DNA of 64,000 nt from a virus (taxonomy: Duplodnaviria > Caudoviricetes): positions 1-64,000 of IMG/VR virus record IMGVR_UViG_3300025429_000009; one strand, given 5' to 3'. A program made the translations under genes and the position numbers. This document shows, piece after piece, positions 18,704 through 29,071 of this stretch (position 1 is the first letter of the stretch; each line of letters opens with the position of its first letter). The notes below the pieces were generated by a model. It saw nothing but the letters and a program-made list of their open reading frames with translations, was not told the DNA's origin and ran no database searches.

Positions 18704-19425
18704 GCGGAATTAACCCACAGCCAGGACCCGTTGTATCGGGCAGCGGCGGTCTTAACACGCAGCTCGAAAGTCCTTTGCTTGTTGTAAAGCAAAGAGAAAG
18801 CTGGACTCAATCAAACCAACAACGTTTTCACGATGAAGCTCTCCAATGGTTTGGAGAAGAATGTATTGTGCGTTTGTTGTGGCGTGCAGAAGATGCTGCA
18901 GCAGGTCTTGTCGGTTACTGCCAAAAGTGTCAAGATAGCCCTAACCCTTCCAGCCCTACTGCATCGATCCAAGCACGTGTAGGCAATGCATACAAGCAAA
19001 CTGGTAACAGCTACTGTACAGCTTGTTATGGCACAACGTTCTCAGGTGGTTTTCAGCCTACTTGTTATCACCTGTATATGCTTGCTTCTGATACGGACGA
19101 TGATCGAAAGAACTTGTCTACAGGTCAGTTCTGGAAGCAGAACCCTAGAGTCCAATTCTCATGGTTCCCACAGATCCGTGTAGGTGACCTTGTGGTCCGT
19201 GTGGAAAGCTGGAACAATGGTTCGCCAACGTCTACCAGTGAAAGATTCCAGGTCAGTTCGGTAGCACCGCAGACAATGAGAACTGGCCCGGGGCCATCTG
19301 CTCAATACCCCTACCGTGTTGGAACCACACAACCTTTTACCAATACTCAGATAATTGTTAACCAGCAAACAGTGCTTGAAAACCTCTGGACTGGTCACCC
19401 CTACTACAATGTGCCGATAGCATGA
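18700..19425 (+). CDS. Head closure/neck protein
   Basis: CQKC..CTACYGTTFSGGF and PQIRVGDLVVR motifs of myovirus neck proteins; synteny. Confidence 0.65.
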   Translation: MSGINPQPGPVVSGSGGLNTQLESPLLVVKQRESWTQSNQQRFHDEALQWFGEECIVRLLWRAEDAAAGLVGYCQKCQDSPNPSSPTASIQARVGNAYKQTGNSYCTACYGTTFSGGFQPTCYHLYMLASDTDDDRKNLSTGQFWKQNPRVQFSWFPQIRVGDLVVRVESWNNGSPTSTSERFQVSSVAPQTMRTGPGPSAQYPYRVGTTQPFTNTQIIVNQQTVLENLWTGHPYYNVPIA

Positions 19426-19943
19426 GCGATCCAGTACTTGCCCCAGAAGAATTAACACAACAACTATCTCGTCGTGCGGTGGAAATTGCCCAAGTTATAG
19501 GGCCACGCAAAACTGGTAAGGGTCTTATTAGTCTTGTCCCCTACTACGATATGGGCGTTGTTGGTATGGAGATACCTCAATCTGCATCGTATATTTTTGA
19601 CCTTGATCAGGGTATTAGGGCTCACGCAATGGTCGACCTCATTGGTAGGGTCATCCCAATCCGCAACCCCGGTGGCAGCATTTCTTTCAGAAGAGCTAGC
19701 CAACAGAACGTTGGTAAAATACCTATCATTACAAGATTATCTAATAGCGGTAGGCTAAAGTCTGGCGAGCCGGAGTGGTACTACCCAGAGAAAGCAGCTT
19801 TAAATTTTATGCACAAGTCAATCCAGATGAGTGTTGATGAATGGAAAAGAACTGCTCGAGCCCAAGATGTTCTAAATATGCTGCTTAAAACTGATGCGGC
19901 AGATGATATTAGTGACATTCTTTATGGAAGGCCAATTAACTAA
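19422..19943 (+). CDS. Neck/tail-completion morphogenesis protein
   Basis: Synteny; PRKTGKG pattern reminiscent of HK97 gp10-like proteins. Confidence 0.5.
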   Translation: MSDPVLAPEELTQQLSRRAVEIAQVIGPRKTGKGLISLVPYYDMGVVGMEIPQSASYIFDLDQGIRAHAMVDLIGRVIPIRNPGGSISFRRASQQNVGKIPIITRLSNSGRLKSGEPEWYYPEKAALNFMHKSIQMSVDEWKRTARAQDVLNMLLKTDAADDISDILYGRPIN

Positions 19944-20614
19944 TGTTTGTAACAGCTGTAAAAACTACAATTGTTGAGGCGTTGAACGCAGGTTTTAGCC
20001 AACTTGCTAGCTCTCCAAGTGATACTTCTTTGGAATTAACACCTAATAGTATAACTATTGAGTACCCGCTGGAGTTAGTGCAATGGCCAGCAATTTTTGT
20101 GCAATTCCGCCCAAACAAGATCCAATGGTCAGGTATAAACCCTGATACATACGTTGTTTCATCTTCTGGTTACACTATTAATGGGATTACATATTCAGGA
20201 ACAAACCCCACTAGAAATGGCTATTTTGAAGGAACTATTGACCTTCAAATCATGGCCATGCATAGTGAAGAGCGTGACAGACTCATGGACAGTGTCACAA
20301 ACTTGATACTTATGGACACAATTAGCCCAGCCAGTACAGCTTTTATTCAAAGCGTTTACAACAATACTTTGGTTGGCATGACCATGCTTTTAGACAATGT
20401 AACTTTCCTTGGAGATAGCGTTAGTGTAGGAACTCCTTGGAGCCCAGAAGAATTAACTTATGAAGCCAGTGTAAGAATTCCATGCATTGGTGACTTCTAC
20501 ACAACTAAGTACAACGTAACATTGCCTCAAATCACACAAGTTACATCAACCGGTACGCAACATCTAATACCGTTTGTACCCTCTGGTTCACAAAATACAG
20601 AGTATATTTATTGA
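19943..20614 (+). CDS. Tail terminator/completion protein
   Basis: Immediately upstream of the sheath gene; YPLELVQWPAIFV, EERDRLMD. Confidence 0.6.
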   Translation: MFVTAVKTTIVEALNAGFSQLASSPSDTSLELTPNSITIEYPLELVQWPAIFVQFRPNKIQWSGINPDTYVVSSSGYTINGITYSGTNPTRNGYFEGTIDLQIMAMHSEERDRLMDSVTNLILMDTISPASTAFIQSVYNNTLVGMTMLLDNVTFLGDSVSVGTPWSPEELTYEASVRIPCIGDFYTTKYNVTLPQITQVTSTGTQHLIPFVPSGSQNTEYIY

Positions 20615-20679
20615 TAAAACTAAAAAAAGATATGCTGTAAAAATGCAGATTAACCGCACAAGGCATTGAAGGAGAATGT

Positions 20680-22257
20680 ATGCCTATTCCTAATTATCAG
20701 ATCCCTGGCGTTTACGTCACGCAGTCCGGCACTGCATTGACTGCCGTAAACCCTACGAATCTCAACATCGCTATTGTCGCTGACCAGGTGACACCTGGAT
20801 ACAACACTGATACGTTTAGCAACGTCGTTTCTGTCAGTGGTTCAATTATTGGTCAGCTTACTGTGCCAATGGTTAACATCACTAGCACCGGTGCATATTC
20901 AACGTACTCCGGTTTCAGCCTTACTTGGACTAACTCTACTGGCGTTACAACCACTGGTACATATGGTACTAACTATCAAATCGTAACCCCAAGTGGTAGT
21001 GCGTTCAGTTACCTTACAACTAGTGGTGCGACTTCGCCTAACGTTTACCCAAGCGGAACAGTTCAGATTACATACGGTCACAACTGGGGCGCTTACAATA
21101 CATACTATGAATTTAACCCACTTGCTAGTACAATTGGTGCAGCAATTAGTGGTACTACAATTATAAATCCAGCTACCCTTGCTGCACAACTTGCATTCCA
21201 AAACGGTGCTAACTCAGTAACTATTGTGCCGGTTGCTCGAGTTTCTTCTAGCGGTCTTGGATCTTCAGCAACAGTTTCTGACTGGGTCAGAACATTCCAG
21301 CTTACACCTAGCGGTAACAATGGTAGCGATCCAACATTCTTGTCAAGCCAAAGCAATGTTGACGTGATTGTTCCTCTGTATGGTTTTATATCAGTCACCG
21401 GTACAACAGCTGGTCAACTTCTTAGCTACAACAACAGTGCAGTCGCAACAGGTATTACTAACTACTTGACGGTTCAGTCAGGTCTTGGTAACTACCAGCG
21501 CGCATTCCTTGGTGTTGACAACACAAACAATCAGGTAACTGTTACTGGTATGCAAGTACTTGCTAGCGGTTTTGGTGCTTCAACTGCTGGCACAAGAGTT
21601 AGCATTGTATACCCAGGCTCAATTAATTACAACCCAGGTTTGAGCTTGTCAACTGGATTGAGCAATGCTAACTTTAATGTTGCTGGTTACTACGTTGCAG
21701 CAGCACTCGCTGGTTTGTTCGTCGGTCAAACCGATGTATATGTGCCAATCACCAATAAAACTGTTAACGGTTTTAATTACATTCCTAACCAGATTAGCAC
21801 TAACGATGCACAGTACAGCTACTTGGCATATGGTATTACAACGGTTTACCAAAACAGAAATGGTTTGATGACTGTTTTGCAAGGTTTGACAACAAACATT
21901 CAAAATTGGATTACACAAGAGATTTCGATTAATGCTGTTGGTGACCGACTTGCTAACAACATTAAGAATGCTCTTGTTGCAACACAGCTCATTGGTGGTC
22001 CTTTGACTCAAAACACCGCTGCTGCTGCACTGGGTACGGTTCAGGCTGTGTTGACAAATTCTGTATCCAATGGTCTTATCCAGAGCTACCAGAACTTGTC
22101 ATACATAATCTACCCAAACTCACCAACCACAATTAACATCACGTTCCAATACTCTCCGACTTACCCATTGAACTACATCCAAACTGTTCTGAGCCTCAAC
22201 ACTCAGACTGGTGCTGTAGTCACGGTTAATGCTCAGAGCAACCCCGTAGTTTACTAG
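20680..22257 (+). CDS. Contractile tail sheath protein
   Basis: YQIPGVYV N-terminus, AQLAFQNGA, YYVAAALAG, ITNKTVNGF, QGLTT, EISI, YSPTYPLNYI. Confidence 0.9.
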   Translation: MPIPNYQIPGVYVTQSGTALTAVNPTNLNIAIVADQVTPGYNTDTFSNVVSVSGSIIGQLTVPMVNITSTGAYSTYSGFSLTWTNSTGVTTTGTYGTNYQIVTPSGSAFSYLTTSGATSPNVYPSGTVQITYGHNWGAYNTYYEFNPLASTIGAAISGTTIINPATLAAQLAFQNGANSVTIVPVARVSSSGLGSSATVSDWVRTFQLTPSGNNGSDPTFLSSQSNVDVIVPLYGFISVTGTTAGQLLSYNNSAVATGITNYLTVQSGLGNYQRAFLGVDNTNNQVTVTGMQVLASGFGASTAGTRVSIVYPGSINYNPGLSLSTGLSNANFNVAGYYVAAALAGLFVGQTDVYVPITNKTVNGFNYIPNQISTNDAQYSYLAYGITTVYQNRNGLMTVLQGLTTNIQNWITQEISINAVGDRLANNIKNALVATQLIGGPLTQNTAAAALGTVQAVLTNSVSNGLIQSYQNLSYIIYPNSPTTINITFQYSPTYPLNYIQTVLSLNTQTGAVVTVNAQSNPVVY

Positions 22258-22266
22258 GAGTAACTA

Positions 22267-22740
22267 ATGGCAACATCAACATTTCGCGTAGGTGGACACT
22301 ATACAGCCTTCGTTTACGATGGTAAGGTATTGGCTTACGCACAGATGATTAACGAGCGTGGTCCACAGCCCGTTAACCAACCACAACCAATTCAACCATT
22401 AGACTCAGCCTACCCAATTGAGATTGCACTTCCTGGTGCTTTGCAAGCAGGTATGCTTGAAATTACATTCTTGGAACAATGGAACGCAGAAGTCTGGGCA
22501 CAGCTGGGTAGCAACTTTGCAACAGCTTCAGACCTTCTCGACGTGTTCAAGGCACAGCTGGCTCAGGGTGAAGTCCAGTGTGTAAAGGTCATCAATAAGC
22601 CAGACGGTACTCAGAGAAGAATCGTATACCAGGGCTGTGTCGTGGTAAACGTCCAAATTGATGAGTTGGTCCAAATTGGTACCATGACAATCCCTAAGAC
22701 GATCACAATTATGTATCGTTCAAGAAAAGAACTCCTGTAG
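22267..22740 (+). CDS. Tail tube protein
   Basis: 157 aa directly after the sheath gene; YPIEI, IVYQGCVV, TITIMY. Confidence 0.85.
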   Translation: MATSTFRVGGHYTAFVYDGKVLAYAQMINERGPQPVNQPQPIQPLDSAYPIEIALPGALQAGMLEITFLEQWNAEVWAQLGSNFATASDLLDVFKAQLAQGEVQCVKVINKPDGTQRRIVYQGCVVVNVQIDELVQIGTMTIPKTITIMYRSRKELL

Positions 22741-22755
22741 GAAAGGTAATAAAAT

Positions 22756-23763
22756 ATGTCCGTACGTTCATATCTCATTCAATTGCAAGCAGGAGTCGGC
22801 CAAGCCCTTCTTCCTGACCACCGCAAGATGATCCCCGGCGTCCAGTACGTCGTTGATGCTGAGACGTTCTCAAAGATTAGCCTCGGTGCTCGCCAGAATG
22901 TTATCAAGGTTGTAAAGGTCATTACTGACTTCCCATCAACTGCTGGTACTACTGCATCTGGTACGTTTGTTCCTGCTCAATCTTCAACTGGTCTTAACCA
23001 GTTCGTTTCTGGCGGCAACAGTTTCCTTAACATCCTCACCCAGGTTTCAACCTCGTTGAGCGGTTTCCAGGGAAGCCTTGCTGGTTTTGCTGCTCAAGGT
23101 GCTTCCGCCGGTGGTGCCTTCGGCACTGGTGCTGGCGTTGGTCTTCCACAGGCTTCGCTCAGCGGTAGCGCTAACAACTTCACATTGATTGGTGCTGATG
23201 GTTCACGTTACGCACTGGTGTACAACAACGCCGGTATCACAATCTCCGGTGGTTGGGCTTCTGTTTGGGCTGACTACAATAACCGTTACATCACCGTTGC
23301 ATCGGGCGCTACGCTCCAGGTGAACGTTGATGGTCAGGGTGTTCCTTACGTGGTTAGCTCGAACGCCACTGCCCCTGGTTACGCTGGTAACGTTACCACT
23401 GTTGGTACTAAGGCCGGTGAGTTTGCTGGTGTTGCACTGACAAATATCCCAACTGGCAACTTTGGTTTCGTTCAAATCGAGGGTGTCTGCCCCACAGTTG
23501 TTGTTGCTTCAGGTACTGCTGTCGGTGCTCCTGTCGCCGTTAAGGCTAGTGACCCAAGCGGTACACTGGCTACGCCTTCTAACACAACAGTTTCTGTTAG
23601 CTCGGCTGGTGTTGTTACTGGTTCTGCTCTTGCTAACAACATGGTCGGTACGCTGCTAACATCTCCTGCTTCTGGTACCGGTACTGGTCAGTGGTTTGCA
23701 GCTGTTGAAATCCGTAGCCGCCGTGTCAAGAAGCCTTACGTCCGAGTCCTGAATAAGAACTAG
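22756..23763 (+). CDS. Virion protein, possibly a tail decoration protein
   Basis: Highly biased codons; SG-rich; C-terminal FAGVALTNIPTGNFGFVQIEG resembles decoration/cement domains. Confidence 0.55.
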   Translation: MSVRSYLIQLQAGVGQALLPDHRKMIPGVQYVVDAETFSKISLGARQNVIKVVKVITDFPSTAGTTASGTFVPAQSSTGLNQFVSGGNSFLNILTQVSTSLSGFQGSLAGFAAQGASAGGAFGTGAGVGLPQASLSGSANNFTLIGADGSRYALVYNNAGITISGGWASVWADYNNRYITVASGATLQVNVDGQGVPYVVSSNATAPGYAGNVTTVGTKAGEFAGVALTNIPTGNFGFVQIEGVCPTVVVASGTAVGAPVAVKASDPSGTLATPSNTTVSVSSAGVVTGSALANNMVGTLLTSPASGTGTGQWFAAVEIRSRRVKKPYVRVLNKN

Positions 23764-23772
23764 CATTCTGAA

Positions 23773-23809
23773 TGGGTAGGTTATACAATATGGTATAACC
23801 CTAGACCCA
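23773..23809 (+). terminator. Hairpin between the tube-region genes and the chaperone gene
   Basis: GGTTATAC/GTATAACC inner stem and TGGGT/ACCCA outer stem. Confidence 0.5.
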
Positions 23810-23817
23810 GAGGTAAT

Positions 23818-24324
23818 ATGACACAGATTAACAGTCCTGGAACTGAAACCGAAAGCAAGGACGTCAATACTTTCCCAGACGAATGGAAGGATGAATTCGA
23901 GGGGCTTCTCTTTGTGGGTTATCTTCAGAGAGAAGTCACTCGGATTCCCTTCCACAAGTTTGTTGTTAGGACCCTTACAGTAAACGAAAAGTTAGAAGTT
24001 AGCCTTATTGCCAAGCCATACATGGATACTATTGGCTATGGTCGTGCATATAAGGCAGCTGTGGTCGCAGCAGGTCTTGTCACTGTTGACGGACGTGATC
24101 TTATACCTAATAATAAGACAATCAACATTATTAGGCAAAAGTATGATTACGTTGTTAACAACTGGTATGACACTACCATTGACATTCTCTACAATGAGAT
24201 TGACTACCTTGAGAACAGAGTGCTTATGGTTCTCCAAGAGCTCAACATCATTGAACCAGTAATCCCACAATCAATCTTCGAAAAAGACGAAGAGGAAATT
24301 GATACCCCAAAAGATGGGAAGTAG
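23818..24324 (+). CDS. Tail assembly chaperone (gpG-like)
   Basis: Position before the tape measure gene; acidic; slippery C CCA AAA near the 3' end. Confidence 0.75.
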   Translation: MTQINSPGTETESKDVNTFPDEWKDEFEGLLFVGYLQREVTRIPFHKFVVRTLTVNEKLEVSLIAKPYMDTIGYGRAYKAAVVAAGLVTVDGRDLIPNNKTINIIRQKYDYVVNNWYDTTIDILYNEIDYLENRVLMVLQELNIIEPVIPQSIFEKDEEEIDTPKDGK

Positions 24325-24734
24325 ATCCTTATATTCTTGAGCAATCAGAGATTGCCAAGCTCCTTGGGGTGTTTAAGAGAGAAAACTTAAATACAGTTCA
24401 GCACCAGGTCTACATGACAGTAATTGTGAGAGAACGCAAGGCTGAGATGGAGTTGGAAGAAGCAAAGTTTGAACAACAAATGATGCTTGTCAACCCTACT
24501 ATGTATGCTGAGTATATTAAGCACAAGGAAGACAACGCCGAGAACCAAGGCGCTATCTGGAGAGTTCCTGAGTCTATTGAAGAAGAGCAAGAGCTCAACA
24601 GTATCTTTAGTGACATTCAAGAACAGTTAAAGAACGAAGAAGATGTTGAAGCTGATCAAGAGTTTGTTAACCAGCTTGGTTTAATGGGGTTGTTCCACGG
24701 TATAAACGTAGAAGAAATAGGAGGTGATGAATAA
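24309..24734 (+). CDS. Frameshifted tail chaperone extension (gpT-like)
   Basis: The -1 frame is open from the slippery site (KRWEVDPYILEQSEIAKLLGVFKRE...) into the ORF-track 24369 ORF. Confidence 0.7.
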   Translation, partial: KRWEVDPYILEQSEIAKLLGVFKRENLNTVQHQVYMTVIVRERKAEMELEEAKFEQQMMLVNPTMYAEYIKHKEDNAENQGAIWRVPESIEEEQELNSIFSDIQEQLKNEEDVEADQEFVNQLGLMGLFHGINVEEIGGDE

Positions 24735-27550
24735 TGGCTTTGGGAGATGATGAGCTTAAAATAAATTTAGGCTTTGATATAAACACAACCAATGCTGCTC
24801 AAGGTTTTGAGCAAATTCGTTCACTTGTTTCGCAGTCACGTGAAGACCTAAAACTCATGAACGACTATATGGAAGGCATCACTGATAAGGCCGACCGTAT
24901 GAGAGAATATTTCCAAGGTAACTTGGAAATTATTAGCAACATGAAAACGTTGCTAGAAGCAATCCAGACGATTAACCAAAGTTACCAGACTACAATTGGT
25001 AACAACATTACGCTTATTAGTGAGCTTTTGAACAGCGTTAAGGGTCTTAACGGTGACATCACTCACGCCATGCAAATGGTTAACGCTGCATCAGGCGGTG
25101 GTGCATTCGGTGGCGTTAACATCGGTAATACTTCTACTCAAAGTCAGTTTAGCAACACTCAACTTAGACACAATGAACGCAAGGTTGGACCAGTAGAAGG
25201 CCCAGACTTTAGTAATATTATTAGTGATCAATACGACCAAGATGCAAAAGCAATTGATCCATTCTCATCTCCCATCAACACTAGAACAGTAGTAAAAAAT
25301 GTAGACCCTGTAGACCCTCTAGCTACTGTTACACAACAGACTATTAATGCAAATAACGCTACTAACACTCCTAGTTCTGTTGTCCCTCCCGTAACACAAG
25401 CTGGTGGTACTGGTGGTAGAGGTAGACCTCCACGCGGTCCTCGTTCGACAGTAACACCACCTCCAGGAGCACCTGGTCCAAGCGGTGGTAGTGCCGATGT
25501 TCCACCAAGTATGCCTAACAACTCACAAGTTGTTGGTAGACAAGACATTATCCCAGAAGATCCAATTAAGACTACATACGAACAACTTCAGTACACCAAT
25601 TGGCTTGATAAAAACGCTCCGAATATTTATGGTGAAGGAGTTGGCGGTAGATACATTAAGCGTGGTAAAGAATACAACGCGGCTCAAACTGCCTATGACA
25701 GAATGTTTTATAACATGGAGCAAGTGGGCAATGTTCTCCCTGGTAATATGGGCAAAACTCTTATTGGTCACGCGAAGAACTTCTTAGCTCAGTATGGTAT
25801 GGCTCAATATGGTGAGCCAATAACTTCAAAAAACCTTGGTGATGTTGCTAGGAGTCAATCAATACTTACTACGGAAAGAGTTTCCGATGGAAACGGCGGA
25901 TACTACGATAAAAAAGTATGGCAAAGAGACGGCAAAAGTTATACTCCTGTTGAAGAAGCTGCCATTAAAATCGCCAATTCAGTAGCAGGTGTCATGGGCA
26001 GTGGAGCCATGCAAACATTCGGTAAGATTGGTGGCTACTTTGGCATGGCCCAGACTGCATACCATGCAGCAACCGATGTTATGGGTACAGTCCGTGGATA
26101 TGTGCAAAACTCACAGGCACAAGCACAAAACTACGGTACTGTTGACATGTCAAGAAGTGTTGGTAACTACTTAACTGCACAGTACAAAGCTGGGTTTGGT
26201 CTCAACCCAACCATCAATGCACAACAAGTTATGCAAATGCAGGCACAAGGTGCTGCACTCGGTCTTAGAGGCGCAAACCTTACTAACTTTGTAAACGCTG
26301 CTGTTAGCAACCAGGGCCGTTATGGTATGAGTGGTGCTGCTTCTCAGGCGCTCGAGAACACCGCTCTCGGTGCCGGTATTAGCACTTCTGACATTATGAA
26401 TGCTAATGCTCAAGTTCGTCAGCTTGAAGCAAGCACTCAAACCAGTACAACATATGGTTCTCTTGCCCTTGCTACTGGCGCACAAAGTGCCGCAGCTGGT
26501 GGTGCTGGTTCTGCTGCTGCTGCTGCCATGGGTGTTACTGCAGCTAAGTTTGGTGCTGGTGACTTCATTGCACAGTCGTATGGTATGACTGGCCAAGAAG
26601 GTGCTGGTACTACGTTGAATAATGCTCTTATGGCCCAAGCATTGGGTACTTCATACACTGGTTTGTTTGCAGCAGAACGCGGTGCTAAGGGGTCTACATT
26701 AGCTCGAGCTCAAATTAAAACAGATGAACAGATTCTTGGATGGGCTGGTATTGATACAACCCAACACTATAAAGACAAGAACGACTTCCTTAACAAGAAT
26801 CAGAACCAGATTATGACTTTGTCTATGATCTTATCTGACCCTCAAATGGGTTCTAAGCTAAACAATATTGGTTCTAGCCCACAAGCTTCTGCAGACTGGG
26901 CGTGGCATGTTGTAAATCAACACCAACAATTTGCCAAAGTAGACGCAGCTAATAAAGCTGAACAACAACAAGGTTGGTTCCGTCACCAATGGGCAAACAT
27001 TAGCCATGGACCACTCTCTGAGATCGACAGTGCCATCCACACTGGAAAGGTTGTTGCTACAACCATTGGTCATGGTGTGCGTAACACAGTCGATGCAGCT
27101 GGTTCGGTTATTGGCAATGTTGAGCACGCTGGTAACTATGCAACAGCCTTCGTTCAAGTAGCAGGCGGTGCTTTGTTGCAGGGGCATGACTTTAAACTCA
27201 GTCAAGTTGATGCAAGATCTGCTGCATACTCTAGAGAATATGACACATCTGCCATTAACAGAACTCTTTCACCGCTTACCGCACAGAACACCAACTGGAT
27301 TGCTACCAACACACACAACGCTTGGAACTCAGCATATGCATCCGCTACAAGAGCTGGTAGCAGCATACTAAACTCAGTTCCAAATGCTCTCAATAGCATG
27401 ATGGGCATGAATCAATCACCATCACAACAAGTTGAGATCAATTTGCACCCAGATGCTAAGAAGCTAATAACTGCTGCAGTTAAGAATGGCACCGCTGGAT
27501 TTAATAATGGCCAAGTTCCACCGAACAGACAACCTACTAGAAATAATTAA
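24734..27550 (+). CDS. Tape measure protein
   Basis: 938 aa, A/G/Q-rich and helical; follows the chaperones; GGAGGTG SD. Confidence 0.8.
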   Translation: MALGDDELKINLGFDINTTNAAQGFEQIRSLVSQSREDLKLMNDYMEGITDKADRMREYFQGNLEIISNMKTLLEAIQTINQSYQTTIGNNITLISELLNSVKGLNGDITHAMQMVNAASGGGAFGGVNIGNTSTQSQFSNTQLRHNERKVGPVEGPDFSNIISDQYDQDAKAIDPFSSPINTRTVVKNVDPVDPLATVTQQTINANNATNTPSSVVPPVTQAGGTGGRGRPPRGPRSTVTPPPGAPGPSGGSADVPPSMPNNSQVVGRQDIIPEDPIKTTYEQLQYTNWLDKNAPNIYGEGVGGRYIKRGKEYNAAQTAYDRMFYNMEQVGNVLPGNMGKTLIGHAKNFLAQYGMAQYGEPITSKNLGDVARSQSILTTERVSDGNGGYYDKKVWQRDGKSYTPVEEAAIKIANSVAGVMGSGAMQTFGKIGGYFGMAQTAYHAATDVMGTVRGYVQNSQAQAQNYGTVDMSRSVGNYLTAQYKAGFGLNPTINAQQVMQMQAQGAALGLRGANLTNFVNAAVSNQGRYGMSGAASQALENTALGAGISTSDIMNANAQVRQLEASTQTSTTYGSLALATGAQSAAAGGAGSAAAAAMGVTAAKFGAGDFIAQSYGMTGQEGAGTTLNNALMAQALGTSYTGLFAAERGAKGSTLARAQIKTDEQILGWAGIDTTQHYKDKNDFLNKNQNQIMTLSMILSDPQMGSKLNNIGSSPQASADWAWHVVNQHQQFAKVDAANKAEQQQGWFRHQWANISHGPLSEIDSAIHTGKVVATTIGHGVRNTVDAAGSVIGNVEHAGNYATAFVQVAGGALLQGHDFKLSQVDARSAAYSREYDTSAINRTLSPLTAQNTNWIATNTHNAWNSAYASATRAGSSILNSVPNALNSMMGMNQSPSQQVEINLHPDAKKLITAAVKNGTAGFNNGQVPPNRQPTRNN

Positions 27551-27561
27551 ACTTAATAATT

Positions 27562-28212
27562 ATGCCTATTACTCCCTACACTATTAATGCCAACAGCTCA
27601 ACAACCCCAATCCCACCGTTCCCACCAAATGTACCAGAAGCAGCACAGTTTACAGATTTAACCAATGGAAATGTTTATCTTTTCCCATTCAACATTAATT
27701 CGTTAAACTTTAACTACCAGTTGAATACGCAAAGCTACAGTACGCTGGGCGGACGTGTTACACAGATTCTGTCTGTGCAAATAACTACATTAACAGTTCA
27801 AGGTGAAGCTGGTAGCAGACAAAACCTTATTAACCTATACAACGCATTCACTAATATGCAAGACAACCAGAACTCATTAAAATCACCAATGAAGTTTGAT
27901 GTGCCCAGCAGAGGTCTGTCTTTTAATGTATGGTTGGAAAACTTTCAAAAGGGTTGGGGTGTCACCACCGTAGCATACGAGTACCAATTTATGCTTGAAG
28001 TAGACCAAGACCTAACAGGTTTAGTAACGCAATCAGCAACTTCAAACGCTTTGAATCATTTAGTTAACAATGATGATGGTCAGATTGGTTTCAGCGGAGA
28101 GTGGACAGGTCTGTCTACAACCGCTGCAAACTTCCAATATGTAGACATTCAGAACGCTATCAAGAGCGGTGCTCTTGTACCTAATACTCCATCTACTAGC
28201 ACAGGTCCATGA
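27562..28212 (+). CDS. Baseplate/tail-tube initiator protein
   Basis: After the TMP; FPFNINSL, YSTLGGRVTQILS, LTVQGEAG. Confidence 0.6.
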   Translation: MPITPYTINANSSTTPIPPFPPNVPEAAQFTDLTNGNVYLFPFNINSLNFNYQLNTQSYSTLGGRVTQILSVQITTLTVQGEAGSRQNLINLYNAFTNMQDNQNSLKSPMKFDVPSRGLSFNVWLENFQKGWGVTTVAYEYQFMLEVDQDLTGLVTQSATSNALNHLVNNDDGQIGFSGEWTGLSTTAANFQYVDIQNAIKSGALVPNTPSTSTGP

Positions 28213-28415
28213 TTATGAATAAGAATATGATTGTTAACCCAGCAAACAACACTGCGGCAAATTGCAGAGTATCAGGCCCCATACTGTACCCGGGCATGCA
28301 ACTAACTAGCTTCAACGGATTCGCTTGGAGTGATAAGATGGGTATGATCCATGAAGTAAAGAATCAACCTACTACTCAACAAGGATGGCAACAATGGCTG
28401 GGAACGCAACAGTAA
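28209..28415 (+). CDS. Small hypothetical baseplate-region protein
   Basis: ATGA overlap. Confidence 0.45.
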   Translation: MIMNKNMIVNPANNTAANCRVSGPILYPGMQLTSFNGFAWSDKMGMIHEVKNQPTTQQGWQQWLGTQQ

Positions 28416-29071
28416 CACTGTACCCAGCAAACGTTCCAACTACGTTTGAAATATGGGTGCAGAACGTATCAACAAGCTCACAGAATGAATTTGCTAACTC
28501 ACAAGTCCGTGCTGGCATGTCATGGAACCCCATTAGACGTGCAGAACAGTTCTTTAACTTTACTGCTGTCTGGCCGTTGATTTCTGTACCTGACTTGAAC
28601 GCAAAAAGAGACATAGGTTTTGAAGATGTTGATCCTTCTAATGGATTTAGAAAGATGAATCTTTTCCAAGACACAATCTATGCTCACTATAACTCGATAG
28701 CACAAGGGTCGACTACTCAGCCAATGACGCTGACCTACTATAACAACACTGATCCAGGTTCACCGTTGTTTAATACCTTGATTAGCAAAACAGCTATTAC
28801 AGGTATGCCAACAACATACCAAGGCTTTATAAAATCGGTAGAAAAACAATATGTTCGTTTTCAGAATATGTTTGTAACTAGCTACCAAATGAATATAATT
28901 AACCCTAACACAGCAAACACTGCACCTTCACAAATAACCAATAACGTTAGCTACGCACCTACTGCAAAAGATCAGCAGAGATATGGCAACGGATGGTTGT
29001 TGATGACTGGTAGCGGTGGCCTTGCAACAAACGCAGCGAGCATATCAGGATTGCCATCAAATGGGGCTTAA
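28385..29071 (+). CDS. Baseplate protein
   Basis: Synteny; tube-like beta composition. Confidence 0.55.
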   Translation: MATMAGNATVTLYPANVPTTFEIWVQNVSTSSQNEFANSQVRAGMSWNPIRRAEQFFNFTAVWPLISVPDLNAKRDIGFEDVDPSNGFRKMNLFQDTIYAHYNSIAQGSTTQPMTLTYYNNTDPGSPLFNTLISKTAITGMPTTYQGFIKSVEKQYVRFQNMFVTSYQMNIINPNTANTAPSQITNNVSYAPTAKDQQRYGNGWLLMTGSGGLATNAASISGLPSNGA

